A stretch of 64,000 nucleotides of DNA from an uncultured virus (IMG/VR IMGVR_UViG_3300008107_000208) (Duplodnaviria; Heunggongvirae; Uroviricota; Caudoviricetes). Location: the IMG/VR virus record IMGVR_UViG_3300008107_000208, positions 1-64,000 of that record; one strand, 5' to 3'. Position 1 is the stretch's first letter; each line of letters opens with the position of its first letter. Both the position numbers and the translations under genes were made by a program. Positions 37,337-48,788 of the stretch are shown piece by piece. A model generated the notes under the pieces. That model was not told the origin of the DNA, did not search any database, and was given only the letters and a program-made list of their open reading frames with translations.

Positions 37337-38741
37337 GTTTTCATCGCCAATCACAACTGGTTTAAGAGTAAGAAGAACTAGAGTATCCTCTTTTTCGTTT
37401 CTGAATCGTCCCCAAGACCAACAGCCAAGGGAAGATTATGGAACTACGCTTGCGCTGCAGCAGAATAGACTTGCTTTTGATAATATTAATTCTTCCCTTA
37501 TAAATCTTAGTAATCAAGTTAGTGCTCTAAGTGCTTCTCTGAATGGTATTGCTGAAAGAGTAAGAGAAGATTCTGCATTAGATCAGGCAAGAGAATCTCA
37601 GAAGATAAGACAGGAAGAAATCTTAGCAGAGCAGAAAATCAGAGAAGGTAAAGAAAGCGTCGTTGAACGCAAAATGCAGTCTGCTCTTTTGACTCCGATT
37701 AAAAAAGTTGGCGATAAAGCAAGATTTACTCTAGGTAGATTATCAAGCTTCTTTATGATTCTCCTAGGTGGTTTCCTAGGAAATATGGCGCTATCAACTA
37801 TTAGTGCCTTGATATCTGGTGATAAAGAAAGACTAGAAGAACTTAAGCAAAAGTTCTTGAAGAATATTGGTGTTGTAACTGGTATTTTCTTATTGTTTAG
37901 TGGTGGATTTAGAACTATACTTGGTTATCTTACCAGACTTACTTCTAAGTTGGGTAGTTCTATTTTTAGAAACTTATTAATTAGACCTGTTGCTGCACTA
38001 CTCAATTTAGTTAAAACTGCTGCTGCAGGTATAGCGGCAGGAATAGGTTTAAAACCAAAAACAAAACCAACTCCAACAAAACCAAAACCATCAGCACCAC
38101 CAGCAAAAACTTCACCTGGAGGTAAAGCAGGATCTAGTGGAGCTCCACCTGCTTCATCTGGTTCTAAAGGAAGTCCTTTTGGTTCATCAGTACTTAAAGG
38201 TGGTTTATTCGCTGCAGGTGCGTCTGCAATATACGATACGCTTTTTGGATCATCTGTTGGTGAAATGATCGCTGGTTCTGGTACAGGTTTTGCTGCTGGC
38301 GGTGCTCTATCAGCATTAAACTATGTTCTAGGTCCAAAATTCACAATACCGTTAACAATAGCTGGAACATTTGCTATTCCAGCATTGATTGGTCTTGGTA
38401 AGGAATTTTATAAGGGAAGCGATATTGGTAAAGATAATCCATTCTTGAATACAGAGATTAATTTACTAGATGCGTTTACTGGACAAGGACCATTATTTAA
38501 AACACCATCTCCAGAAATAAATGCACCACCAAAAAAATCTAATGATAATCTCCAGTCATTAAAAAGTTCAGACTCTGGAGGTAATGTAACAGTAATTAAT
38601 AATGAATCTACTGCTAGTGCAAGAAATGTACCAACACAAGATCTAGGTTCTGCTAACTATCTGCCTAGCATTGCTACTTCAGATCCAGATAATTTTCACA
38701 AGTATACTTCGTATCGTTACTTTAATACTGGATGGGCATAA
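37329..38741 (+). CDS. Tail structural protein, coiled-coil and hydrophobic segments (tape-measure-like)
   Basis: Position after gp51; composition. Confidence 0.55.
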   Translation: MAEFSSPITTGLRVRRTRVSSFSFLNRPQDQQPREDYGTTLALQQNRLAFDNINSSLINLSNQVSALSASLNGIAERVREDSALDQARESQKIRQEEILAEQKIREGKESVVERKMQSALLTPIKKVGDKARFTLGRLSSFFMILLGGFLGNMALSTISALISGDKERLEELKQKFLKNIGVVTGIFLLFSGGFRTILGYLTRLTSKLGSSIFRNLLIRPVAALLNLVKTAAAGIAAGIGLKPKTKPTPTKPKPSAPPAKTSPGGKAGSSGAPPASSGSKGSPFGSSVLKGGLFAAGASAIYDTLFGSSVGEMIAGSGTGFAAGGALSALNYVLGPKFTIPLTIAGTFAIPALIGLGKEFYKGSDIGKDNPFLNTEINLLDAFTGQGPLFKTPSPEINAPPKKSNDNLQSLKSSDSGGNVTVINNESTASARNVPTQDLGSANYLPSIATSDPDNFHKYTSYRYFNTGWA

Positions 38742-38746
38742 GTTAA

Positions 38747-40300
38747 ATGGCGTATCGTTCTTCCATAAATGTAACTAGCATTAATAAGTCTTTATCTGGA
38801 CTTAACAAAAGTCTTCTTAGGACAAGAGAATCTGCTGCAACTGTTAGAACAACAATTATACAGTCTACAACAAATAAGAGAAAATCTTTTTCAGCGAGTA
38901 TAAAAGCATTTAATCAGAGAAGAGAAGCGACAAGAAGAAAAGAAAGAGAGGATATTGTAGAGGCATCATCAATTCAGGGTGCAATATCAAGATCTACTAG
39001 TGCTGTAGCAAATAGCACAAGAGGTTTCTTGGGTAGAATACTTGATTTTCTTGGAACATTACTAGTTGGATGGGCTTTGACCAATCTCCCAAATATCATT
39101 AAAATGGCTCAAGCTCTCATTGAGAGGATGAAGACATATTTCCAATATCTCAATAATTTTAGAGAGGGTCTTCAAAACTTTTTGATAGGATTTGGTGATA
39201 TGGTTGGTGAAATTTCTTCTGGTCTTGTTAGATTTGATTTTAATGCTGTAAGAGTAGCAGTAGACAAAGGAATGAATCAAATGAAGGATTCCTTCGTCCA
39301 AATGGATAATTCAATAAATTCTGTAATACTTTTACTTAAGCAGGATGTTAAGAAATTACTTGGAATTGAGGATTATGAATTTGATAGAGGTAGTGATGAT
39401 GGTGGAGGTGGTGGAGTAGATCCTGGAGGAGGTTCAGCACAACTTCCAGATCCAAAGTCTGCTGAAATGTATCGTATCGCTGCGGCACTCACCACAGAAG
39501 GTAGTAGTGACCAGGGATACGCCGACATGCTGCAGGTGGTTGCTAATAGAGTTGCACACCCTGGATATGGTACTAACTATACTGATGTTCTTGGTGCTCC
39601 CGGACAGTTTCAAGGTGTGTACACTAGAGGTAGTGGAGCATTTAAATCAATACGTACTTTAGGGCAAGCATCTGCATGGTCTGGTCAAAGTCAGGCAACT
39701 CTATTAAAAGTTATTAGTCTTCTATCCGATCCAAAAAGACAAGCAAGTGCAGCAAAATTTGTTGGCGGTGCTCTAGAGTTTAGAGGTAGTCCAGCAACAG
39801 TTAGGGCAGTTAATAGTGATAGCGATCCACGAAATAATATTCGGGCAGATGCTAATGGAATAATTCCTGGTTCCGTCTGGCGTGGTACAAACCAAGATAA
39901 CCAGTTCCTTGTGGATCCATCCAAAGATCCGATGCTTAGTGGTCCAGCATCACTTAACCTACCAAAACCACAACCACAAGCACCACCACCAAAAAGCCCC
40001 CCAAAACGAAATACTGCTATGCCTGATGCGAGTAAAGAGGGTGCTCCCGGAATTCCTGGAGATCCTAAGTCTCCAAAAATTGGTGAATGGGTAGGTTCAT
40101 CTAAAAAAGACTATTCATCTCAACTTGCTATGGCTTTGCAAAATGCAAAACCACAACCAAGAACAAATACTTTAATTTTAAATAATACTGTAAAGCAAAC
40201 AGAATATGTTGGTGGAGAAACAAATAGTGGTTCTGTTATTATAGTTGCTGGGGTAAATAGTAATAATATAAAAAATAAGTTCCTTTCTAGTGTAGTATAA
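38747..40300 (+). CDS. Tape-measure-like protein with SleB/Hydrolase_2-like cell-wall hydrolase domain
   Basis: AALTTEG...QVVANRV...VL.APGQF motif after a helical N-half. Confidence 0.65.
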   Translation: MAYRSSINVTSINKSLSGLNKSLLRTRESAATVRTTIIQSTTNKRKSFSASIKAFNQRREATRRKEREDIVEASSIQGAISRSTSAVANSTRGFLGRILDFLGTLLVGWALTNLPNIIKMAQALIERMKTYFQYLNNFREGLQNFLIGFGDMVGEISSGLVRFDFNAVRVAVDKGMNQMKDSFVQMDNSINSVILLLKQDVKKLLGIEDYEFDRGSDDGGGGGVDPGGGSAQLPDPKSAEMYRIAAALTTEGSSDQGYADMLQVVANRVAHPGYGTNYTDVLGAPGQFQGVYTRGSGAFKSIRTLGQASAWSGQSQATLLKVISLLSDPKRQASAAKFVGGALEFRGSPATVRAVNSDSDPRNNIRADANGIIPGSVWRGTNQDNQFLVDPSKDPMLSGPASLNLPKPQPQAPPPKSPPKRNTAMPDASKEGAPGIPGDPKSPKIGEWVGSSKKDYSSQLAMALQNAKPQPRTNTLILNNTVKQTEYVGGETNSGSVIIVAGVNSNNIKNKFLSSVV

Positions 40301-41590
40301 ATGGCAGCAAGAGACGCATCAATATTCGAACAAATTACCATAGAGTCTGGTGATGGTACAAGAACCATTGATATGAGACTCGGTGTAGTTGCTATCAAAT
40401 ATTATGAAGATGTTTTTTCACCAACTATCACAGCAGAGATTACCGTATCTAATACGGGAGGAACAATTCCTGGAAAAGATGGTTCATTGCAGTCAATCTA
40501 CAGTGGTCTTCCGTTAAGAGGTGGCGAAAGAGTATTCATAAAAATTGCTGGTAACAGTGATAAAAATAAATCTGGTATTGATCTTGTTGATGAACCATTG
40601 TACGTCTCTAAAATTACAAATGTTATCAGAGAAGGTCAAAGAGAAACATTTACATTAAAGTTAGTATCAAGAGAAGCAATTACTAATGAAACTTCAAGAC
40701 TATACAAAAAATTTCCAAGAGCTCAAATAACTGATCATATAGAAAACATTATAAAGGAAGGTTTACAATCTCAAAAAACATTGAAATCTGATGTCGTTAG
40801 TAATCAATATAGTTTTATTGGAAACTTGAGAAGACCTTTCGATGTTCTGACTTGGTTAGCATCAAAGTCTATTCCAGATACCAATGTTCCTGGATACTTT
40901 TTCTATGAAACTATAGATGGATACAACTTCAGATCTATCGACAAACTTATTATTGATGGAAAAGCAAGTCCAAAAGCAGAATATTATCATCAAGAGGACC
41001 AAGATATTGAGAAGTCAACTGATCAAAGGATATTGAGTTATTCTGTTAATAGAAATAATGACTTATTAGAAAAACTTAGACTAGGAACGTATGCATCATT
41101 CTTTACTGAATATGATCCATATCAAAGTAAGTTTAGTCTTCAGCAAGAAGGAAAGAGAACAATAACTGATTTTGCTAAGAACGCAACATTCCTTGGTGAC
41201 GATCCAGATATTCCTAAAATTTTTGGTTCTGGTAACTTCTCTTTTGACACTGTTCCAAGTAGAATTATCTCATCAGTTCTCGATGTTGGTGTGTTGGAGA
41301 AAGATGTGAGCAAACAACCTGGTAATGATGCTAAGTTATATCAAAGAGACGCTTTCTTTAGATACAATTATTTGTTCATGCAAACACTCAATATGACTGT
41401 TCCATTAAATAATAATTTAAGATCTGGTGATGTTATACGATGCAATTTCCTTAAAATTTCAGCAAACAGTAATGATTTTGACCCTGAGAATAGTGGTCTA
41501 TATATGATAAAAGAACTCTGTCATTATTTTGATGGTACACAATCTCTAACATCAATGAAGCTACTTAGAGATACATTCAGGGATATTTAA
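40301..41590 (+). CDS. Baseplate hub protein (gp27-like)
   Basis: YYED.FSP, LP.RGGE, FFYET.DG.NF.S, SGLY.I..L.H. Confidence 0.7.
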   Translation: MAARDASIFEQITIESGDGTRTIDMRLGVVAIKYYEDVFSPTITAEITVSNTGGTIPGKDGSLQSIYSGLPLRGGERVFIKIAGNSDKNKSGIDLVDEPLYVSKITNVIREGQRETFTLKLVSREAITNETSRLYKKFPRAQITDHIENIIKEGLQSQKTLKSDVVSNQYSFIGNLRRPFDVLTWLASKSIPDTNVPGYFFYETIDGYNFRSIDKLIIDGKASPKAEYYHQEDQDIEKSTDQRILSYSVNRNNDLLEKLRLGTYASFFTEYDPYQSKFSLQQEGKRTITDFAKNATFLGDDPDIPKIFGSGNFSFDTVPSRIISSVLDVGVLEKDVSKQPGNDAKLYQRDAFFRYNYLFMQTLNMTVPLNNNLRSGDVIRCNFLKISANSNDFDPENSGLYMIKELCHYFDGTQSLTSMKLLRDTFRDI

Positions 41591-41599
41591 AAGTAACAA

Positions 41600-43651
41600 A
41601 TGGAAGATCTTTCACTTAAAACTAATTTTGTAGGCAGAGATGGATTTGTTTGGTGGATAGGGCAGATTCCACCTATTGAATCATGGGACCAACAAGCAAC
41701 TGGTCCAGGTTGGGGCATTAGATATAAAGTCCGCATTATGGGATATCATCCTTATAGTGAAGCGGAACTAAGTAATGAGGACTTACCATGGGCACATGTG
41801 ATGCTACCACCAGGTCATGGAACTGGTTCGGCAAATACATTCAAGAGTATTCGTTTTAACCCTGGTGATACTGTAATTGGTTTCTTTCTAGATGGAGCAG
41901 ATGGTCAGCATCCAGTTATTATGGGTGCATTCGCCAATTCAATCGACGCTGTAAAGGATGGTGAGAAACTACCATTCGCACCATTCTCCGGATACAATAA
42001 GTATATCAAAGAACCAGCGAAAGGCTCACTATCAAAGAGTGAGTCTGGAGATCAGAATGCTGCAACTGCAAAACAACCAATAGGTGTTAGTCCTTCTGAT
42101 GCTAAAAAGGTAGATCCAAGCAATCCAGCAGCAAAGAGAACTTCTGATGGAAAGGTGATACGATTACCTTGTGGTACAGAAGGTGAAGATACTAAAGGTA
42201 ATAAAGGAACAATTACCAAGATCAAAAATGCTATTGAAGGATTTGTTAAGTTTCTCCAAGACTTAAAGGCACAGTTTGATGAGGGACTTGAGTATTATAG
42301 AGACTGGGTAGATAGAGAGATTGATATTAGGGCAGAACAAATAACTACCGCTGCAACCAAAATGATCAGTGGTATGATTAATAAGTTATTTAAGAAACTT
42401 GAACCAATTCTAAGCAAGGGTCTTGATCTTCTCTATGCTTCTGTATATGCTACAGTCTTCGCTGCAACTTTAAATCCAGTAGCAGCACACCTTGCTGGAG
42501 TAGCGGCACAAACTGCTATGCTTCAACCAGTAAAAATACTTCAAGATCTTATCCCTTGTATTGTTAATCAAATCTTAGACAAAGTATTTAATCTTGTAAA
42601 AGATCTTTTAAAGTCTATTGCTAATAATGTCCTAAACTTTGTCGATTGTGTTGCTGATCAAACTGTCGGTGCAATGATCAATGGTATTATTGGTCTTATT
42701 GATAATGCATTGCTACCAGCAATTAATGGAATATCTAAGATTCTTCAATTCTTCGAAGACTTTAGTGTTGAGGGTCTACTACGGAATGGTATTGATGCAC
42801 TTCTTGGACTTGTTGGTCTTAAGTCTTGTAATAAAAAGAATCAGAAAGACAAGTATGGCGCTTGCAAATATAAACTAGGATATGGACCAGTATTTCAAGA
42901 TGAGCCAGATCTCAAAGGAATTATTGATAATGCTAATACTGCTAAGTCAATATCAACAGCAGCAAAGCTTGCTGGTTTCCCATTAGACGGAGTTCAAGAT
43001 ATTGCTGGAGCATATGACTTCATATCTGGAACAGTTAAAGATCCAAACTTTATTGGTGATCTTGGTTCTTGTTATACTGGACCACCAATTGTTTGTGGAC
43101 CACCAAAGATCAATATTTTTGGTGGGGGTGGTACAGGAGCAAGTGCTGTTCCTATTCTTGGTGGTATTATCGGTGAAGATAAGTATAAAACAGGAAGTAT
43201 TATAAGTGTTAAGGTAACCAATCCAGGAAGTGGATATACCTTCCCACCATTTGTAGAAGTTGTAGATAGTTGTAACCAAGGATATGGTGCTATTGCTAGA
43301 GCTATTGTTAAGAATGGTCAGGTAGATACCATTTATGTTGTGTCTGAGGGTGAGAACTATCCAGCAGATAAAGAGATTCCATATGTTGTTGATAGCGTAA
43401 CAGTTATTGATCCAGGGCAAGACTTTGAAGATGGAGATACTGTAGTTGATGACCAAGGAAATGAGTATGATGTTCTTATCCAGTCTGGTGCTATCATCAA
43501 GGTGACCCCAATAAATAGTAGAGATGTAACTAATATTCCTGTACTTGAGGTCATTTCAAAGAATGGTTCTGGAGCAATCCTTGCTGCTAACCTAGGAGAA
43601 AGACCACCATTTGATGGAGAAGTTAAGCAAGTAATTGATTGTATTACCTAA
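41600..43651 (+). CDS. gp5: Baseplate hub/needle protein gp5 (N-terminal OB-fold)
   Basis: F.WWIG, R.KVRI.GYH, LPWA, V.GFFLDG...Q.PVI.G; no lysozyme motif seen. Confidence 0.85.
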   Translation: MEDLSLKTNFVGRDGFVWWIGQIPPIESWDQQATGPGWGIRYKVRIMGYHPYSEAELSNEDLPWAHVMLPPGHGTGSANTFKSIRFNPGDTVIGFFLDGADGQHPVIMGAFANSIDAVKDGEKLPFAPFSGYNKYIKEPAKGSLSKSESGDQNAATAKQPIGVSPSDAKKVDPSNPAAKRTSDGKVIRLPCGTEGEDTKGNKGTITKIKNAIEGFVKFLQDLKAQFDEGLEYYRDWVDREIDIRAEQITTAATKMISGMINKLFKKLEPILSKGLDLLYASVYATVFAATLNPVAAHLAGVAAQTAMLQPVKILQDLIPCIVNQILDKVFNLVKDLLKSIANNVLNFVDCVADQTVGAMINGIIGLIDNALLPAINGISKILQFFEDFSVEGLLRNGIDALLGLVGLKSCNKKNQKDKYGACKYKLGYGPVFQDEPDLKGIIDNANTAKSISTAAKLAGFPLDGVQDIAGAYDFISGTVKDPNFIGDLGSCYTGPPIVCGPPKINIFGGGGTGASAVPILGGIIGEDKYKTGSIISVKVTNPGSGYTFPPFVEVVDSCNQGYGAIARAIVKNGQVDTIYVVSEGENYPADKEIPYVVDSVTVIDPGQDFEDGDTVVDDQGNEYDVLIQSGAIIKVTPINSRDVTNIPVLEVISKNGSGAILAANLGERPPFDGEVKQVIDCIT

Positions 43652-44197
43652 ATGGCAAAGCGCCCAGAAGATAAACAAAACTGGTATTTGAGAGAGTGTA
43701 TCTCTTATAACCCAAAAGTAAGGGAAGAAATATGTAATCCTTCCTTTGGATATTTGGGAGCTTCCAATTATTTTTTATATACAGTATCCGATAAGAATTT
43801 AAAAACTTCTATCGACATTACGGATGCTGGAAAATTTATTCTAAACTCCGACGAATCCATTGAAATGGTTGCTGGAGAGCGTTCTGGCGACAAAAGTGAG
43901 AACATTCTAATTCACGCTAGACGTGGTAATGTATCAATAACAGCAGATAGAACTGGAAATATTCGCATATCGGGTAATAATGTAGTAGTTGAGTCTAATG
44001 GTGATCTCGAATATGTGGCTGGTAATGATTTTATTGTTGATGCCGCTAACATGAGGTTTCAAGGGAACAGTATTGAATCTGATGCACTAACAGGAAGTAT
44101 GGTTCCACCACAGAAACAGTTTTTATTTAAAGTCTTCGCCAACTCCTTTGTTGGTGGTGGAGTAATACTAAAAGCACTTGGATTATTCATAGGATAA
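43652..44197 (+). CDS. gp5 C-terminal-like beta-helix/spike protein
   Basis: Short beta-repeat pattern; follows gp5. Confidence 0.5.
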   Translation: MAKRPEDKQNWYLRECISYNPKVREEICNPSFGYLGASNYFLYTVSDKNLKTSIDITDAGKFILNSDESIEMVAGERSGDKSENILIHARRGNVSITADRTGNIRISGNNVVVESNGDLEYVAGNDFIVDAANMRFQGNSIESDALTGSMVPPQKQFLFKVFANSFVGGGVILKALGLFIG

Positions 44198-44198
44198 G

Positions 44199-47100
44199 AT
44201 GGCAGAAAACATCTGGGTACAAGGACAAGAGTCATATTTTAATGAAGACGCTAAGTTCTTCAAAGACGTATACATTTACGGAAAACTTTATTATGACTTT
44301 GAAGGTCTTGGAGATGATTTAACTCTTGATAATCTTACTGTTAATAACCAAGCAAATATAAATGACCTATATGTAGCAGGTCTCTCTACTTTCATAGGAG
44401 CATCTCAATTTAATAGCGTAGTTTCTTTTGGAAACACTGCTACTTTCCAAACCGATGTTAACATTCTAGGAACACTAGATGTAGATAATATTGATGTTGG
44501 AATTGCTACAGTCAGACAACGTTTTGAACTTACTAGTGATGGCGGAACTAATTACTTAGTTGGTTTTGCTACTGGATCCCGCGCTGGTAATATTGGTATT
44601 GGAAGCACGTTACCTGAACAACTACTTGATATTGGTAACTCTATTCGTATTGTTAGGAATATCTTTGACTCTGCTAACTTTCCTGGTGATAATGGATACT
44701 TCCTATCCCGCGATGCTAATGGTATTCGTTGGATTTCTGCACCACCAAATGCTAAGACTGATGGATTCTTCGCACGAAATGAAGGTATAAACGTCGGTGT
44801 TGGTTCATTTACAACTATTAACTTCATTGGTAATGGTAGTGGTGGAGACGTTGTTAATGCTACAGTAAATACTTCAGACTCCAATGTCCTTGATGTTAAT
44901 ATCATAGACCATTGGATAAGAAATGGTGCTGGTATTCACACAACAGTTAATGTTGGTGTTAATGTAATTTCCCCACAAACACAGCTTGATGTTAACGGAA
45001 TTGCTTGGTTCAGGGATGAACTGAGAGTATCTGGGGTATCAACATTTACTCAGTTGGTTAGAATAGATGCTCCACTGAGAGTACATAATAATCTTATTGT
45101 AGGTACAGCAACAACAGCAATATACGCAAATAACTCTGGTATTGCTACATATGCAGATAGGGCAGGTTTCTCTACAGTAGCAGGAATCTCAACGTTTGCT
45201 ATCCAGTCTGGTTTCTCTACAGTATCAGGCATTGCTACATACGCTATTCAGTCTGGCTTCTCTACAGTATCAGGCATCTCTACTTTTGCTATTCAAGCAG
45301 GATTTGCTACCGTATCTGGTATATCGACTTTTGCTATTCAAGCAGGTTTCGCAACAGTAGCAGGAATCTCAACGTTTGCTATTCAGGCAGGATTTGCTAC
45401 TGTATCTGGTATATCGACTTTTGCTATTCAGTCTGGTTTCTCTACAGTATCAGGTATTGCTACCTTTGCTATCCAGTCTGGATTTGCTACAGTAGCAGGT
45501 TTCGCAACAAATGCCGCTAGAGCAGGCATTTCTACATTCATTCAAACTACTGAGACTCTCACAAACCAAGACTTCTTCATTCCATTTGTTGAAAACTCAA
45601 CTAGTCAAACAAGTGAGACTGTAAGAGTTGATAGTGGTATTACATATAACCCATCAACCAATGCTTTGGGTATTGATGGATCTTTACAGGTTGGATCTGC
45701 TGCTACAGTTATTGCTACTAATGCATCTGGTGATATTGGTTTCAACAGCACAACTCCAACAAGAGCAGTTGACTTCCAAAAAGATGTTCGCTTCCAGCAG
45801 GCATTATATGATCTAAATGATAATGTTGGATTTAGAACTGAAAAGTATCAGGTTCCAAGAAATGTCCTAACAACTGTTGGAGTTGATACGACAGGAAACA
45901 TTATTGGTGGAAGATTCTATGATGCCGCAAACCTAATACGACTAAACTTAGACTACATTGCTAATGAATCTATTGGTTTCTTAACAAGTACAGACTATAA
46001 GAGTCCAGCATTTGCCCTATCTTCGGCAGACTACACTTCCTGTAAGGATGATATTAAGGATATTCTGAAAGCTATTACCTATGATATCACAAGAGGTGGT
46101 AACTCCCGTTGTGTTGGTGCTGGTCAGTCTTATTATAATGGAGCAACTCTACAGCACATCACTGGAACTGATATAAACGGTTACAGTATCAAGGAAGCAA
46201 CTATTGTTGCTATCACGACTGCTGCTCAAGTAGCAAGATATGTTATCAATAACTTACCAGCACCAAGATCTTATCAGGGTGTAGGCAATAGTGTTTCTCT
46301 CATTCGTGATCTAACATTACAAGACGACCCTGCTGTTGGTTTCAACACTGATCCAGGCGGTTGTTCTAATGTTGTTTCTGCTATTACTGTTTGTGCAGGT
46401 ATTGTTACTAATATTATTCAACTTGGTGCATCTGCATTCACCACTATTGGTTTTACCACAACAGCACCAAATGGTAAGATTGTTTGGGCTCCTGCAGGTG
46501 CTGACTCTAGAAACATTATCTGGGTTTCTAAGTATGGTAACGATGATAATGATGGTAGAACAGAAGGTTCAGCAAAACTAACTATCGGTTCCGCCGCTGA
46601 AGCAGCACAACCTGGCGATACTATTATGGTTCGCTCTGGTGTTTATGCTGAGAACAATCCTATTGGTTTAAGAACTGATGTTTCGGTTATTGGTCAAGAC
46701 TTAAGACTGGTTACTATTTACCCACAAAACAATGATGATGTCTTTTATGTTAGAAGAGGATGTTTGATTGATAGTTTGAGTTTTGCTTACAGTAAAGATC
46801 CTTATGATGATTCTGCACCATTGTCTATTACTGGTGCTGCTGTTGCTTTCCCACCACCAGCTGGTATTGGTAGTGCTAGATCTGGTTTCTTGGATCCTGG
46901 TCCTTGCAATGAAGGTCCAAGTGGAAGATGGAGATCTCCATATGTTCGTAACTGTACGAACTTTATGAGTAACAGTATTGGTATGAAGATAGACGGAGAC
47001 CATGTTGCTGCTGCCTTTACCGGAACTAATAATCTTGGGCAAGACCTCAAGTGTATGGTTTGTGACTCATTTACTCAATATAACCAAAATGGTATTGGCG

Positions 47101-48113
47101 TTTCTATCACTAACAAAGCATATGCTCAGTTAGTTTCTATTTTTACTATCAACTCTAAGATTGGTATCTTTGCTGGTAGTGGTGGACAATGTGACCTAAC
47201 AAACTCTAACTCCTCATTTGGTGATTATGGTTTGTATGCTGATGGAACCAGTGGTGATGAGTTTACTGGAATTACTACTGGGACAACAGTTGCTGCGGAA
47301 CAAGATACTTATACCTTCTTCGATATGAGAGATGATCTATCGAATATAAGAAAACCATTTGATGGTCAGGGTGCTTTCTTCAAGATAAACCTTGACGATT
47401 ATGTTAATACTGGAGGAAAGAGTGGTATTGTTATGGAACCACTTAGAACTATTAGAACAATTAATGTTACCAATGGAGGTTCTGGATATAGTGCATCAGC
47501 TCCTCCTAATGTAACTGTATCTGCACCATTTGGTCCTGAAGGAATTCTTGCCGAACTATCTGCTAATGTGAGTGCTGCCGGAACTATTAGTTCTATTGAT
47601 ATTATTGCTAGTGGTAGAAACTTCCTTCCCGCAGGTAGTGGATCTAATCAACAGGATATTGTTATCACCATTTCTGGTTCTGGTGGAGCAACTGCCGAAG
47701 CGATTACGGATCCAATACTTTACACTATAAACACTGCAACAGAACCAACAAATACTGGTGTTACAACTGTTACTTTCAATGAATTTGTTCCTTATTCTGT
47801 TGGTGTTGGTGTGAGTGTTTCACTGAGAAGACTAAGTAGAATCATCACCAGTTCTCACTCCTTTGAATATATCGGTGCTGGTACAGACATAAATAGAGCA
47901 AACCCCTTCCAGGGTGGTGTGCCTATTCCTGAAAATGAAATAGTTGCTATTAATGGCGGTCAAATTCCATTCACCAGCACAGATCAAAAAGGAAACTTTA
48001 GAATTGGACAAGGACTAACTATTGACCAAACTACCTCTACTATTTCTGGAAGAGACTTTAACAGAGCGATACAAGCAAACTTAACACCACTGATACTTGC
48101 TTTGGGAGGATAA
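44199..48113 (+). CDS. Large fibre/spike protein with pectin-lyase-like beta-helix region
   Basis: WVSK.GND.NDG...AK.TI..A...GDTI.V.SG.Y.E; SPYV.NCT; ends ILALGG. Confidence 0.8.
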   Translation: MAENIWVQGQESYFNEDAKFFKDVYIYGKLYYDFEGLGDDLTLDNLTVNNQANINDLYVAGLSTFIGASQFNSVVSFGNTATFQTDVNILGTLDVDNIDVGIATVRQRFELTSDGGTNYLVGFATGSRAGNIGIGSTLPEQLLDIGNSIRIVRNIFDSANFPGDNGYFLSRDANGIRWISAPPNAKTDGFFARNEGINVGVGSFTTINFIGNGSGGDVVNATVNTSDSNVLDVNIIDHWIRNGAGIHTTVNVGVNVISPQTQLDVNGIAWFRDELRVSGVSTFTQLVRIDAPLRVHNNLIVGTATTAIYANNSGIATYADRAGFSTVAGISTFAIQSGFSTVSGIATYAIQSGFSTVSGISTFAIQAGFATVSGISTFAIQAGFATVAGISTFAIQAGFATVSGISTFAIQSGFSTVSGIATFAIQSGFATVAGFATNAARAGISTFIQTTETLTNQDFFIPFVENSTSQTSETVRVDSGITYNPSTNALGIDGSLQVGSAATVIATNASGDIGFNSTTPTRAVDFQKDVRFQQALYDLNDNVGFRTEKYQVPRNVLTTVGVDTTGNIIGGRFYDAANLIRLNLDYIANESIGFLTSTDYKSPAFALSSADYTSCKDDIKDILKAITYDITRGGNSRCVGAGQSYYNGATLQHITGTDINGYSIKEATIVAITTAAQVARYVINNLPAPRSYQGVGNSVSLIRDLTLQDDPAVGFNTDPGGCSNVVSAITVCAGIVTNIIQLGASAFTTIGFTTTAPNGKIVWAPAGADSRNIIWVSKYGNDDNDGRTEGSAKLTIGSAAEAAQPGDTIMVRSGVYAENNPIGLRTDVSVIGQDLRLVTIYPQNNDDVFYVRRGCLIDSLSFAYSKDPYDDSAPLSITGAAVAFPPPAGIGSARSGFLDPGPCNEGPSGRWRSPYVRNCTNFMSNSIGMKIDGDHVAAAFTGTNNLGQDLKCMVCDSFTQYNQNGIGVSITNKAYAQLVSIFTINSKIGIFAGSGGQCDLTNSNSSFGDYGLYADGTSGDEFTGITTGTTVAAEQDTYTFFDMRDDLSNIRKPFDGQGAFFKINLDDYVNTGGKSGIVMEPLRTIRTINVTNGGSGYSASAPPNVTVSAPFGPEGILAELSANVSAAGTISSIDIIASGRNFLPAGSGSNQQDIVITISGSGGATAEAITDPILYTINTATEPTNTGVTTVTFNEFVPYSVGVGVSVSLRRLSRIITSSHSFEYIGAGTDINRANPFQGGVPIPENEIVAINGGQIPFTSTDQKGNFRIGQGLTIDQTTSTISGRDFNRAIQANLTPLILALGG
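45165..45497 (+). repeat. Seven 45-nt (15-aa) repeats GF[SA]TV[SA]GI[SA]T[FY]AIQ[SA]
   Basis: Direct reading of translation. Confidence 0.85.
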
Positions 48114-48122
48114 TAAGATAAG

Positions 48123-48782
48123 ATGGCAATCGCACCAGTCAATAAGTTTCTTACAGTCGCTGTTCCTGTGGCTCCAGGAGAACAGAAAATATACGAGGTC
48201 CCTACAGGCACTTCTGCTATTTTACTCTATGCACAAGTATCTAATGTGGGAGTTGGAACCTATCCGACTACAACTCTGATACACAGAAGAGAAAGTAGAA
48301 GTACAGGTAATACAAGAGATATTAGAATTATAAAAAATATTGAAGTTCCACCAAACGATGCTGCTATTCTTATTGATGGTCGTTTGGTTTTAGAAAAAAC
48401 TGCTACAGTTCTAGATAGACTTTATATCACTGGAACACAGACTGGTATTGTAACGATTACAAATGTAACTTATGATGAACCAACTGGTGTTTCAACTATT
48501 ACAACTTTAACAGCACATAACTTTACTGTTGGTTCTGATATCACTATGTCTGGTATTGCTATGACCTGCCCATCAGGTTCTGGTATTACCACAACTATTT
48601 TCCCAAGTCCACAAAAGTCTTATGTTGTAGACAACATAACTAGTGATGTTGGAGGTTCGAAAACATTCACAACAACTGTAGGAAGCGCCAATGGAATTAT
48701 CCATACATATGTAAGCGGCGGTCTTGTTGGTCCACTACAAATGGAATTTATTGGTAGTTTCCTAGAAAATAGCACCACTTAA
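48123..48782 (+). CDS. Virion connector-like protein
   Basis: IYEVP...LVLE pattern like 5078-5407 with an inserted beta domain. Confidence 0.7.
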   Translation: MAIAPVNKFLTVAVPVAPGEQKIYEVPTGTSAILLYAQVSNVGVGTYPTTTLIHRRESRSTGNTRDIRIIKNIEVPPNDAAILIDGRLVLEKTATVLDRLYITGTQTGIVTITNVTYDEPTGVSTITTLTAHNFTVGSDITMSGIAMTCPSGSGITTTIFPSPQKSYVVDNITSDVGGSKTFTTTVGSANGIIHTYVSGGLVGPLQMEFIGSFLENSTT

Positions 48783-48788
48783 TAAGAA

